A stretch of DNA of 64,000 nt from the human T2T-CHM13v2.0 reference genome, Homo sapiens (GCF_009914755.1 NC_060928.1), one strand, 5' to 3'; shown: positions 12,736 to 26,840, counted from the first letter of the stretch. Translations and numbers: made by a program. Notes: a model not told the origin generated them from the sequence alone.

Positions 12736-15090
12736 TCCCTCAAAATTATGAAAGCAGGAAAACTCAAGAAAAAGAAATCCAACAAGGCTAGTGATTTCAA
12801 GGATATGGAGAATTGGCGAACACCAAGTGAATTAGTGAACACTGGATATCAGAGCGTCCTCAGCCAAGGAAATAAAAAGCCACAAGATAGAAAAGAAAAA
12901 AGAAGAGAAGGTTGGAAAGAGAAGTAAAAGAACAAACAAAACCGGGAAACAAAATTAAATGGTCCTGGTGAAAATGTCAGTGAGGATGAGGCTTAGTCAA
13001 GTAATCAACGAAAGAGAGCTAATAAGCACACGTGGGTACCACTCAGATGATGTAAGACCAGAGAGTCAAGAAAGACCTGGATCCTGGAACAGCTCAAGAT
13101 GTCAACCTGAAGCAAGTAAACCAACACATAACAATAGGAGAAATTATATATGAAATTGGAGGTGAGATAGAGATAAATATGGTTATCAAGAACATGGTGA
13201 AAGGACTTTTCAGCCATTTCAAACAGAACTTAATACCAGTATGATGTATTACTATGATGATGGTACAGGGGTACAGGTGTATCGTGTGGAAGAAGCATTG
13301 CTTAAAGAGTGTATTAAGCGTCAAATTGAACATTACTTCAATGCAGAAAATTCGGAAAGAGACTACTTTCTTCGAGGAAAGAGGGGTGAACAAGATTCCT
13401 TGCCTATTTTCCTGATTGCTGGTTTCCAACGTGTTCAGGCTCTCACTACAAACCTTATCACAGAGGCACTGAAGGATAGCACAGAAGTAGAAATTATGAA
13501 TGAGAAAATGAGAAAAAAGAACCAGAAAAATGGCCAATTCCAGGCCCTCCTCCATGCAACGTACCACAAACAGACTTCTCTCAACTGATTGTCCAGAGTT
13601 TGTACCAGGCTAAGCCTTTTGCTCGCATACAGAGTCTGCCCCAAATTCCCCAAGAATTGGAAGCCCATTGACTCCAAAGAAAAATAGTGAAACAAGTATT
13701 CTTCAAGCAATGTCTAGAGATTTGCCAGTTTGCCTGACTTGGACTCAGAACCTGGGATGGAAGTAAAAAAGAGACATCAGCCAGCCCCAGTGAAATTGAG
13801 GGAATGAGTGTCTGTTCCTGAGGGGTCATTAAATCAGCTATGTTCTTCAGAAGAAACAGAACAAGAAGAACTTGATTTTTGTTTGATGAAAAGACTGAAC
13901 AAATAGGATGAAAAAACACATTAACTGATTGGTCTGATAATGATTCAGATTATGAAATTGATGACCAAGACTTAAACAAGATTTTGATTGTAACTCAGAC
14001 ACCACCTTATGTGAAAAAACATCCTGGAGGAGATTGAAGAGGCAACCACATGTCTCAGGCAAAAATCACATCTGAACTTACTAAAGTTATCAATGATGGT
14101 TTATATTATTAGGAACAGGATCTATGGATGGAAAAAGATGAAAACAAACATACAGCTGTAAAGGTGAAAATACTGAGAACGCCCTTTCTCATATGAAGGA
14201 TAAAAACAAGGTTACTATGGAAAAAAAAAGTAATTCTATTAACTAAAATGTTATATTAAACTTATATAGCATTTATGTTTGTAAGTAGCTAAACTGTTGT
14301 TAAGGGCAGAATTACTTCATGTTTTTGAAAAGAATGAAGATATTTTTAAAAGTTTCAACAATTTTTCAATTTTATCATTAGATGTTTCATATTTTATATT
14401 TTATTTTATTTTCCCATTGGAGCCATGTGATATTTATTGCGATTCTCATTTTAAAAATAAGGAAACAGAGTAGATAATGTAACATGTGCAATATCATGGA
14501 AATTCTATGTGTGAGAACAGATTTTCATACCTAACTCTGATGGGTTCAAAGGCTCCATATACTTAAAATTCCATCTGCTTCTTAATTATGGTGTTTAGAT
14601 TTTAATTGTGAATTAAATCTTGGACATTCACTATGTAGTAAAGATTCTGAACAAAGAAACTTAGTTTTCTTCCTTATTAATCTTCAACTTCCTGAGTTTA
14701 ATGAAAATTAAAAAGTGTATAGAGTTTATTGATAATATAGGGATTGGCAGAGTATCATTCTTAAGTACTTATTATTTTTGTAATGCTATATTCACACTAT
14801 GTTAAAAAGGGGAAAGTGTTTTAAATAGTATTTTATGAAAATATTTCTTGTTTTTTGAGGAAACATGAATACTTTAATAGGTTGTAAGTCTTTATTCCTT
14901 TACAGTGTGTTCGAGTTTTTAAAATGATGAAAAGTCATCTAAGCATACACCTTCTTAATAGACTGAAAGTTATAACTTGCATACTAAACTTTGATTTAAG
15001 AAATATGCTAACATACTGTGAGATATTTTCTTCTATGTTTCATAATCTTTCTCTGGAGAAATCCTAAAATAGAAGGATCAAATACTTAAA
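11308..15090 (+). pseudogene. LARP1B-derived processed pseudogene (retrocopy of a short isoform); 3' boundary approximate
   Basis: Intronless translation matches LARP1B as I recall it: MENWxTPSELVNTG (12806), [15 protein letters not shown], La motif [14 protein letters not shown]...[14 protein letters not shown] (13280-13530), PAM2-like SQLxxCPEFVP (~13578-13610), DWSDNDSDYEIDDQDLNKILIVTQTPPY...EQDLWMEKDENKHTAVK (to 14163). Many stops and frameshifts (12571, ~12900, 13151, 14036, 14110). Confidence 0.93.
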
Positions 15091-17005
15091 AAAATTGTGA
15101 GAACTTAAGTTTGGTGTTAGATTTTTCACATTTACATTAATTTTACTCATGTGGTCCTAGGATAAATAATTTTTGTATTTTCCTGCTCTTCAATGGTATC
15201 TTCATCACAATCCAAATACACTGATCATTAGATGTTTAAATCTTTGAAATCTTTATTCTAATGGAGCCTAGGGTAGTTATATAATCTACCCTAAATTATC
15301 GATAATGGCCACTGAAGTTCTAAATTTTCCTTGGTAGAATCTTGTCAAATTTTTGATTATTTAGTTCAATTGACACCACATTGCTGAGATTTATTGAAAC
15401 ACTAGTAATTGCTAATATTCAAATGAAAAGAACACACAGAATACAAAGAATTAGGCACTGATATTCTTGTCCCTACCCCTCATTTCCTCTATAACATCCC
15501 TGAGCAATGAAACCAAGCCAATTAAGAAGTTAATACCAAGGTCAGGAAAAGAGAAATAAATGATGTCTTCATAAAGACTTAGCAAAAATGTTCAGTTTTG
15601 GATGATTTTGGAAATAGTTAATAAAATTCTTCTCTACTTATGCTGATCCAACTCTATGTGGGCGTCCCGCTTCTACATACTTCAACTTCCCCCTTTCCTC
15701 TCTGCTCTCTCTTCTCTGTCTGTAGCATCTGAACCATCCCCTTTTCTCTTTCATGCACTGGCCTGTTCTGAACATACCCCATTCCTTGGATATTAAAATA
15801 ATATCTTACAGCGCAGTTAATAATAATGACCAAATTCTCTGTTTTGTTTTAACTTAAAATCTTGTTTAATATCACATTTGCATAATTTAGTTCTTATAAA
15901 GAAAGGCTAAAAGTTCACTGAAGGATTTGGGGTTGCTTTATCAACTCTTACTTTGGATTCCCTAATCTCCATCAATTAGTTTATATCCTTGTAGGTCCTG
16001 GCGATGTGAAAACTTGGTTAGAAAAGAGCAGGAAGGATTGATTTTCAGAATACTATCAAGTATATTATTGAATTTTGACCGTGAATGGATACTAAATGAG
16101 TCCAAGAATAAGAAAATTCATCTTAGCAGTTATGTCTGATGTCTGATGTCTTTCTCTCAAACTGAATGATCAAAAATTCAGTCTGATAGACTAAAAAGCA
16201 TTCATTTCAAAGATGACTTAACTGGAACCTTCTGGGAATACGCTGCTCTGAATGAATGTAAAAATACCATAAAAACCATATCTACTTTCCTTGTGGATGA
16301 TTTTAAACCTTCTGTTACAAACAAAAGATAAGATGGCAGACTTCCTCCCTTTCCTGAATTACAAGAGCTCGCTGGGCACATCGAAGACATTTTGACCAAG
16401 AAAAAAATGCATACCAAATTAATAACTCTTAAGATTAAGCAATTAGCTAAACCATGGTTAAGGAAATGACTATATCTAAACTAGAAAAAAACCCATTGCT
16501 AAAATTGTAAGAAAAAGGAATACCACAGGAAAAATTGCCCTCTCCTATCTTAAAATATAAAATCTATTAAATAAACAAAAGACAAACATCATCCAATAAA
16601 ATGTTGACTCTCAAAAAAAGAAGTCACTCCCATCTGTCCACAAATGCCCTTAACAGCAAAACACTGTTTCTGGGTTGTATCAGTGCCATATTGTCATTTA
16701 TAAAATCTCCTGTTTTCCATAATTTCTTTCTTAGAATAATGAAAAACTGTCAGTGGCAGGAATCTTGAATGACCTTCAGATTTGGCCTTCTATCTCAGCC
16801 ACTTCTTCTCTCTGTAGACCCTCTATTAATCAAAACATTTGTTTTGTTTTGTGATTCTATTCTGACGATTATGTGGGGAAGAGACCTACATTTTCAATGT
16901 GGTGATACAGTTTTAAATTGTGAACAAATCTCTTCCTGGAAATTCATGAAAAATAAAAAAGAAAAATCAATAGCATAGAATTTGATAATGAACCAGATTG
17001 ATTAC

Positions 17006-17497
17006 AATATTCATTTTCTTTTGCTTCTGTTGCAAATTTACACAGATTTAGTGACTTAGAATAGTATATCTAGTATCTTACAGTCCTGGAGGTAAGACTT
17101 CAACAATGAATCTGAAGGGACCAAATCAAGATATCTGTAGTATTGCATTTATTTGGGAGGCTTCGGGGAAGAATCCGTTTCCTTGCCTTTTCTAGCTTCT
17201 AAAAGTTGCCCAAATTTCTTGGTTTACGACCACCTTTCTTTTTCTTCGAAGTAATTTACTCCAGCCTCTTGGTTCATTGGCACATCTCCTTTTCCTCACT
17301 TTGACACTTTTGACTCTTTCTTATAAGGATCTTTTATTTTATTACACTGGGCCCACCTGCATAGTACAGAATAATCTCTCCATGAATCTCAAGGATCTTA
17401 ATGTAATTTCATCTGCAAAGTTATATTTGTTATGTGAGCTAACAAATTATTGGCGTTTATGACATAGATGTCTTTGGTGGGCCATTGGCCTACCACA
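17006..17497 (-). mobile_element. MLT1 (MLT1D-like) MaLR solo LTR
   Basis: ...gaatccgtttccttgccttttctagcttct... and terminal ...ggcctaccaca; ~490 bp; TSD attac/gttac. Confidence 0.82.
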
Positions 17498-17853
17498 GTT
17501 ACCCTCCACTGTTATCTTTGAAGTTGAATCTGTTCCTGATTGTTTCTCTCCTAAAGAAAATTTATATGTGGGACAAATAACACTGAAAGTTCTCAAGTGA
17601 CCTGGCTATGGTCTTAAAAAATTGTCCTAGGAAGAGAGAAAGTGGCTTTATGAAGACCGATGTCTATTGCAATTGCATACTTCCAGAAAGGATTTATTAA
17701 CCCTTTTAATGGACATTTTAATATGTTTCCCAACCAAAACCACTAATGCTTGGAGCTACAGTTTTGATTAAAATAAGAACTGAGAATATTTTACAAGTTT
17801 AGATATTAAAAGAACTCACAAGAATGCACAAATCATACTCTTGCAAAGCTTTT

Positions 17854-18171
<318 letters not shown>

Positions 18172-18849
18172 CTAATATTTGGTGCAGCCAAAGATACAGA
18201 ATAGGCAAGCCCAAGGATTCTGAGAGTCTTTCAGGAGTAAAACTTCCACAGTCATTTTGTGTACATATAGACATGTTTTGTTTCTAATGTAAATCACCAT
18301 CTGTGTCATGCATCTTAACTTTGGGAGATCCTGAGACAGATGTTCCTAGTCTAATTGCTGGTTTTCTAGTCATATCAGGCTACTTAATCTGTTATGCCCT
18401 TCAAAACTATCAATGAACAAATGAACTCTGGCAGTAGTCAGGTAGACTTTGTACTTTAAGTAACATGTTCTGAATTCCCCTGACCTTATCTTGGCCAACA
18501 GCCAAAACCATATACCTTTGCATCTCCCAAGATAAAGATAGAATTTATCAGTTCATTTGTAAATTAACTCTATCCTATAAAGTCAACCATCTGATGATCT
18601 AGCAACACTTTTTAATTGAAATTGCTTGTGATAATTTCTTCTCATGCATCTATTGCAATATTTATAGAACAAAATGCTAGTGGAAAACTGTCAAATATTA
18701 TTTTTGCACATGAAATGAGGTATGGGTAAATAAGTCAAATTATTCTTACCAATTACACTAGTATTACACTAAATATTACATTATGAAAAGAAAATTACTA
18801 TGAAAGAAGTCATTTTGGATTACAATAGTATTTCGTACAGCTTCCTAAC

Positions 18850-21570
18850 AAAAGCAGTCATTACCTGTATATTAAATGTTGTCATAGGCCATGGTGTAAA
18901 TCAAGGGTCAAGTTTTAGTTAAATCTGAAATCTCAGTGCCTTGTGGGGCACAGCCATATGACCTTTTTTACTACGTGGTTGTATTGAGTAGATTTCATCA
19001 TGAGCCTTGTATTTAAATCATACTCTCTCTCAGGTAAATCCTTATTTAGGTTTAATGGGCTTCCATTTGCAGCCAACTACGAAACATTTTGTTACCATAG
19101 AATGTTTATTTCATAGTTACAAATTGGACATATAATTTATATCCACAAATGTTGAATTTCCCAGTGCAATATCATTTGGGCTGTAGTCATCTACAATTTA
19201 AATATGGCAGAAAGCTTCTTGTGGGAATCCCTCATTGACATTGGAACTATCAGACTCAAGTATATGTGTTATCACGTTGCCTCTGAACTGATGTTAGTTT
19301 CTACTTTCTATGTATATATATTTTTTTTACCTCAGCAGTTACCCTTCTGAAAAAAATATATATATATCCTCTCCATGCACTAAGACACGCAATACTCTGA
19401 TGAGTTGGAACACAGTACATATTTTAATACAACGGGTATTTTGGTCTTAAAGCAATTTTGTATTCCTCTGTAATAGAAACAGTTACTAAAAAACCCCAAT
19501 AACAAGTTGTCAAACATTTTTTAAATGACATACACTTCGAAGTGACAACAACAAACTTATCCCAAATCCCAGTGGTTTTCACTGGATAAGAGTAAGAAGT
19601 TTTTGTGTGGTGGCCATATGTTTCAGACACTTCCAAAATTATTTGAGCATGGGAAGTGTTAATGTTGCGTTGTGTGTTTTTGAAGCTCTAAGACAGCTTG
19701 CTTTTAGAAAAAAGATAATCAAATTTGACTGTTTTCCTTTTAATTTTGTGAATAGGTGCTAGCAGTATTTCAAAATGTGGCATGAAAAACTAAATAATCC
19801 AATCAGTTAGTGCACCCCTTGATTGATTTTGGAGCTGACCTAGAGAGTAACTTAACTTTGGTTGTCTGAGTAATGTCTTTATGACCCTTGCTTAAGTGAT
19901 GACAAAAAATTTTATCATTTTTTTCTGAGCTTTACCATATCTGGGTTAATTAGCTTTACTCTGGTGGTCACAGAATTGATAAGCATTTGTAATTATGACT
20001 TGGTCTTCAGATTAAGTTATCAACATTATATAACAAATAACAGTACTTTCCCACCGAATCAAATCTATATGTATTTATTTTCACTAGGTTGTGGTAATTA
20101 ATTAACAGGAGAAATTAAATATTCTTGTAGGAACACAGTGAATGCATGTTGAAGCCCATCCCAAGTAAATGCAAATTGGCTTTCTCTTCTAACTAGAGTT
20201 GAAAAAGAAGGCAAGCGCCAAACCAATAAAGGTATGAAAATCTTAATCATTTAGTGGCATGTCTTGAATTTCTACCATATAGGGTATAGCTGATGCTTTT
20301 GGTGGAACCATTATACCAGTTGACTTTCAGAATTAATCCTTTATCTATGTTCCATAATGAATTATTAAACAAGTGATTTTAGGGTTCTAATATGCTTATA
20401 TATAAAACAGACCTTTTGTTAATTTAAATATTTATATTCCTTATGAATCCTATATTGTTTCAAATTAAGCACTTGCATACATTTAGATGATTCTAAATGA
20501 TTCAGTATGTATTGCCCAATTAAAATAGGTGAAAAACAGATTTGTATAACTTTCCTTTTCCTGTATTTTGGGTAAGTGAAAACTTTCCCATTCAGACAAA
20601 ACATATATTCCAATAATACATTCTGGCAATTAGGAGGCAACAACAATAAAAAACTTTTGTTCATAAATTTCTACTGGAACCTGACTTTCACCTGCAAATC
20701 TCTTATAATTGCATCACCATATCCTAGTGTGAGAATGTAGTGAGAAGTCCCACACTAGATACTGGTGCCTCGATCTTGGACTTCTCAGACTCCACTGTGA
20801 GAGAATAAGTTTCTGTTCTTTATAAATTACTCAGTCTGTGATATTTTGTTATAGTACCACAAAATGGACTAAGACAATCAAAGACCAGCAATCCTAATAA
20901 ATTTCTTTACCATACCCAGGCCGTTTTACCCATCCTTGAGTAAATTACCTTGAGTCTCCCACTGGGATTTACTAAGAGACATTAACACTTTTGTCATGCA
21001 GAGTCCTAATCCTCTCCTGTGTTAACTGGCACTCACTCTTATAGGATTATAGACTATAATTCTCTGTAATAACCATTTTTAAAAAAAATATTAAGTATTG
21101 GATAAATTAAGTGAATTTTTCATTGTCCTTTTCCAGACAAAGTAGTTGGTAGAGGAGCTAGACAATCTAATTTCTCATAGTGATCTGTGAAAATGTTAGT
21201 GGCTATTCCATCTATTTCCTCCTTTTTAAAATATTTGAATTGAGCTTATGAAGACTTCCACAGAGTTAAACTGTCTTCAGATTTTTCACCTTTTTTTCTT
21301 ATTGCTCTCTTTCTTGGTATAATCCTGAAATTTCTCATATTATATTTCGCTCCATTCAGGGGCCTGAAGTTTATAGCAGCTTCCTACAGATCTAAGAATA
21401 AAGTCACATAAGGAACTCAAACAGTTAGAATCCGTCCTTTATTATGAGAGCATCAATCATTACCGGGTAAGAATCATAGAATTAGTGGAAGTCTTAATAT
21501 TATACAGGAAGTAATTTTGCAGCTCTAGCAGCCTCTGGCTGCTTATCTGTCAGCATCAGTTGTACCAGAA
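18850..21570 (-). mobile_element. Decayed class III (ERVL-like) internal region: pro, RT and integrase remnants
   Basis: Minus-strand translation gives PECIIGIYVLSEW (~20588-20626) and IGLALAFF/STLVRRESQFAFTWDGLQHAFTVFLQEYLISP (20107-20227; cf. ERVL DLANAFFSIP...QFAFxWxGQQYTFTVLPQGYxNSP). ORF 19424-19636 is integrase-core-like. Outer boundaries approximate. Confidence 0.75.
20725..20876 (+). mobile_element. MaLR LTR 3' fragment (MLT1A/MST-like) nested in the ERVL remnant
   Basis: ...gatcttggacttctcagactcc...ataaattactcagtctgtgatattttgttatag...ggactaagaca terminus. Confidence 0.8.
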
Positions 21571-21626
21571 CACACTTTAAAAATCAATACCAAAAAGAAT
21601 AACAAACACAACCATACTCAAACCCA

Positions 21627-21737
21627 GTCACACACACGTGCACACACACACAACATTGCGTTGTTCATGGACTTATTTTTTTAAGATATACATATATTTA
21701 CACACACACACACACATACACATACACACATACACTC
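21627..21737. repeat. Compound (CA)n/(TA)n microsatellite
   Basis: Two CA-rich tracts, visible directly. Confidence 0.85.
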
Positions 21738-22414
21738 CCATATATATTTATGTAATGTAACACATTTAGATGTTCATCCAAATCTAGATCCATGAATTTT
21801 TGGTCTCATAATTTTCTGCCTGTCAGTGGATGCAGTACTTGTGCAGCTTAAGCCCAGAAATGACCAGTAAGTCAACCTAAGGACAATGATTTCTCTCTCC
21901 CTCACTTTTATTTCTCTCAAACCATGTCTTAGACATTGTTATTTACATTATATTGTCAGGAGTAGTTTAAAATATCCCATCTCATTGCCATAAATTTTGT
22001 AAGTTTGAATGTTTTAAAGGTCACACAAGTTGTACAGAGCATCCTTTCATAAGGCTTAATGTACAACCAGAGAAAAATAAAGTATAGAAAATAATCAGGG
22101 AATCCAAGGGAGCTCCAGGTGCAAGCTCCCAGCATCCTTATTGAAACAGAAGTGCTTTCTATCTTTGAATTCAACCACCCAGAGTTTTATAATAAATATT
22201 GCCTTCAGAAATATGCAGAAAAGCTCAATGCAAAATGTCTCTGTGAAGTTTTCATGATGTTCTGGTCACTTAGTTAAGCTAGGCTACATGTCAATTGAAA
22301 ATCATCTGTAAAACATTAGACCTGAAGTTCCTGGTGGCCAAGGGCAATGCCCAATCAGGACAGGTTATGTCCTGGGATCGATATATATTTCATCTTGCTT
22401 AAAAATGAGAAGAA

Positions 22415-22620
22415 TAGCTGTTATTTGTTTAGTGTTCCTTATGTGGCAGATATGATGTTAAGGGCTTTACACTTATCTCCACTTTTAGAAAAGTAACGAT
22501 TAGTTTCGTTTTACAGATGATGACACTAAGGTTCAAAAACAGACTGGCAGAATCTTGCCCCAGGCCACCTAGCTAGTTAAGTGGCCCAGCTAGTTTTGAT
22601 ATCGTATGTGGCCCATTTGA
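22415..22620 (-). mobile_element. MIR SINE
   Basis: Core ...ttttacagatgatgacactaaggttca...cttgccccaggccacctagctagttaagtggc. Confidence 0.8.
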
Positions 22621-23199
22621 TCCCCAGTTCACCTGTAAGCACATGAAGCACATCCTAAGTATGCTTAGAAGAACATTACTGTGAACAAACATCAATCTGA
22701 CACTGCAAGATTCTTGGTTCTCAAAGAAACATAAGATTATATTTAGCAAATTCTGCTTCTAAAATAGGAAAAGGGGTTCAAAGTCAATTGATGAGATACT
22801 AAACAAGGACTGACATGAAAAAGAACTTTTCAGGGCTCAAGAGTGACTGAGTATACAGAAATTTTCATTATACACTGTAAATTGAACTTAATTACATTTT
22901 AACTCCATATTTTAAAAATAACAAAAAAATTAATAAAATAGTAAAAAGTAAATAGCCCTCAGAAGTTGAGAAGTCACCAGGGGAGGTTCAGACTTTAAAG
23001 GGCACGTCATAAATGCCTCCTGATATAAAGATAGAATTTTCCCAATTCACCTGTGAATTTACTCTATCTGCAACAAAAATACTTAAAAAAGCTATGTTAA
23101 AACCAAAGACAATCTGTTTATCTGAACACAGTATAAAAGTGAATAAACAATCTGAATATAAATGATACTAGAAATAAAACTGAAACAGTGATAGTACTC

Positions 23200-25000
23200 A
23201 TAATATAAATAGGATGCCTACAAATAAGAAAAATCTAAACAACCTAATTTGGATAAGAATAAGAAAAAAATGAATAGGTTGTTAATTCAAGAGGAATCTT
23301 GAATATCCAATAGGCAGATAAAAAGATGCTTTTGATCATCATTGGAAATACGTGAAATAAAAATAAAATAACTAATAACAATTTTCACTATTGGATAAAA
23401 TTTAAAAGTTTGAGAGTAACAAACATTGTCAGGATTTGAAGACAACTAGAATTTTAAACACCTTTGGTATAAAGGTAGAAGTTGTTGTCACTAGTTTGGA
23501 CCACAATGTGGCCTTTTCTAGTAAACTAAAAATATTTGTAATAGATTATTCTGCAATTCAACCACTGGACATATGCACTAGAGCAGAATTTTTCAAAATT
23601 TAATGGTGACTTACAATAACAAAGATATTTGATATTGTGACATTATAAATACATATTTTTAAATATTTGTGTCCATGCACATATAAGCAAAAGAATAAAA
23701 TTATTTATTATAATATTTATATGTATATAAACAAAAGTTAAATGAAACAATATTTACCCCAACGATTTGAGATGAACAATGAAACAAATGCATTCTGTTT
23801 AATTCTTCCTGTTTCTTTCTGTTGTGGCTGAGAAAACATTACCCCAAAGTATTGCACTTTGGCATGCTGAGTACTTTGAGCTGAAGGATATTGGAAAGAC
23901 CTCAGAAACAAAGTCTACTTCTGACCTTTCTTGGCCTTCATTCTCCTACTTTGTTTTCTCTCTTGAGGCAGGCCATAAAATCTGGAATTCCTCTTCCCAA
24001 AGGCTGGTCATACAAGCCAAAAATATTACTCTAAATTTCCTCCACTGTTTTGTGTAGAAGCCGGCCATAAAGAAATTATCTGACCTACTTTGTCTGATCG
24101 TATCATAGAACCCTCATTCCAAAAGGGTTCTTGCCCTATTCCCAGGAAGAAGGAATACCACACAGAATGACCAAGAAGAATCTGAACAGACAGGCCTTGC
24201 TGTGTTTAGCCAATCAGTCTATGACCATTAGTTTCACTCCCTTTTTGACACATTTCTACATGGCTGTCCATTTTTATTGAACCTAAGCATAACAATAGAC
24301 ATTTTTCCCTAAGTCTTTAGGTCTTCATTCTGGTCTCTGTGTCACATAAAATTTTATTAAATACGTCTGTTATACTTTCCTCTTGTTAACCTGTCTTCTG
24401 TTGTAAGAGTATCGGCTGTAACCTCTATGATGAGAATAGTTATGACATACTTTCCACTTCTACAGTTCTGATCTATCACATTACACTCACAAATAGAGGC
24501 CATAACTCTCTGAAATACCTTTATGATACTGAAGTGCTGTGACTCACAGACTGAAAATGCTGTTCTCTACATGTGAATAGGGTCTTTTCTTCTTGTACAT
24601 GTGTAACAAGAGATACATACAAGAATACTTGAATGAATACTGGTGGTTATTCTAAAGTGGGAAAGAATAATATACTCTACAGTAATGAATATAAACTGGA
24701 ATTAAACATTATATAACAATAGGTATGAATTTCACATGCATAATATTCAGCAAAAAAGTTGCAGAAGTAAATAGAAAATGTAATTCCATTTATAATTACA
24801 AACACATGAAACAAATTATTAATATTTGTGTGTGCATTAAAGAGAGACAGAGATATAGAAAGAGCTGTATACAATTTTAAAAAGAGGGCTAGACACAATA
24901 TTTGATACATTGGTTGTTATTGGCTGCCATCACATAAAGGGCGTATAGGTGGTTTAGAAGGTAAGGTATTCTCTTGTTAAATTTTGATGTAATCAATATA
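23200..25000 (+). mobile_element. Ancient L1M 3' fragments, split by a probable hAT element and an LTR
   Basis: L1 ORF2-end-like text at 23200-23580 resumes at ~24570. A cag...ctg-bounded segment (23584 to ~24562) lies between and contains the LTR. Confidence 0.5.
23820..24464 (+). mobile_element. ERV1 solo LTR (MER39/MER34 group)
   Basis: tgttgtggctgagaaaacattaccccaaagtattgcactttggcatgctgagtactttga...ttctaca; TG...CA ends; near-TSD tttc/gttc. Confidence 0.75.
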
Positions 25001-25242
25001 TTGATGTGACTTTTAACTTTACTTTTTACATGTGATTTATATATTTAATGTTTTAGATTTAATATTGAATAATTTTAAATATATAATAATTATAAATATA
25101 TAATTTTAGATAGAGATATATAATTTTTTAGATATAAGTAATAAAAGACCTAAAAGGAGATGTTTCTACTTAGTGGAATATCATATGCTAAGTACACAGT
25201 ATTCTCTTCACTCTGAATATTAAAAGTATCTTGGCCTCAACA

Positions 25243-25914
25243 TTATAACGGCGGCCAGGTGCAGAGGCCGGGGTGAGCTTTTTGTGCTCCTGCCCTGTGG
25301 TAGTGTCTAGGGGTGTGTGCCTGCAACCCCAATGTTACAATGCTCTTAGCCTCGCTATCCACAGAAGACTTTAAGTGTCAACCAGCTCAATGAACCCTCT
25401 GACTTTTTGCAAGGGCAGAAGGCGAGTGTGACAGCTTTCTGTATCCAAAGTTCTTGTCCAGCATCCCTGAAGAATCTGGTCACACATGGACTTGAAGGAT
25501 AAATGCAAGGTTTTATTGAGTGGTAGAGGTGGCTCTCAGTGGGATCGATGGGGAGCCGGAAGGGGGAGATGAAGTGGAAAGATGATCTAGGCTGTCCAGC
25601 AGCCAAACCCCTCTTCAACCACAGCAACCCAAACTCCTCTTCATGTTCAGACATTCCTCCTCTTCTCTCTTTTTCTGCCGTGTTGTTCTGCCATTCGTCT
25701 GCTTGTCTCATGCTAGTCTGCTTCTGGAGCCTGGGGTTTGGGGTTTATATGGATACAGGATAGGGGGCATATTGGGCCAAAAGGCAACTTTTTGGGCACA
25801 AAAACAGGAATGTCTGTCCTCACTTAGGGCTTTGTGTCTTCAGGCTTGAGGGTGGGGCTTTTGCCAGGGAACTGCTGTCTTCAACCAGTGATTCCCTGTC
25901 TCCTATCCATATCA
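25243..25914 (-). mobile_element. ERV1 solo LTR (MER50-like, MER4 group)
   Basis: GC-richer ~670-bp block; minus strand begins tgatatggataggagacaggga...ggcaaaagccccaccctcaagcctg; minus-strand AATAAA near 25513. Confidence 0.75.
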
Positions 25915-26523
25915 CTTTTCCTTTTTATTTATCTTTATGTGGATTTACCTATTTCAGTTCTACCTCATCCTGCCTCCTGAAGTACTGGAACCCTATGATT
26001 CCTGCTCCTGTCTGGAGTTCTTCAGGGTGAATTGTCTTGATTCATAAGGCATCCATGGTAGCCAGAATTCAGATTTCATCTTTTTCTGCTCTTCTAGATG
26101 AGTTATGGATTATTTCTTCTAGTTTTATCCTTCAAAAACTGTATTGATATTTCTCATCAGCTATTGTGTCCTTCAATACTCTGTGCTTTATGGTGAAATT
26201 CAGGGAAAAAAAGAAGATACATGTATTAGCTTTTCTGTTTAACTAGGCATTTGTACATATTACTCCATATTACTGTTATCCATGAGCTATAACTCTGAAG
26301 ACCACAAAAATGCCGCAGTGACTTTTAGTACTACACAGAATGATATCACATAATAAATTTTAGTTTTTCTGTCTTGATGTAAGAGTTATAAGAAAGAATG
26401 AAAATTCTAGAAGTCTTTATTTATTTAAATATTGAGTTATCCTATTAAATACCAGTGTGTGGTACTCACTGGCTGAAATTCTAACACCAAGCAATATTGT
26501 TGGAAGTAAAGCCTTTAAAATAA

Positions 26524-26840
<317 letters not shown>

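Noticed and set aside
11463-12842. Several overlapping GC-rich ORFs on both strands
   Set aside because: Expected from stop-codon scarcity at high GC; only the frame continuous with LARP1B has homology support.
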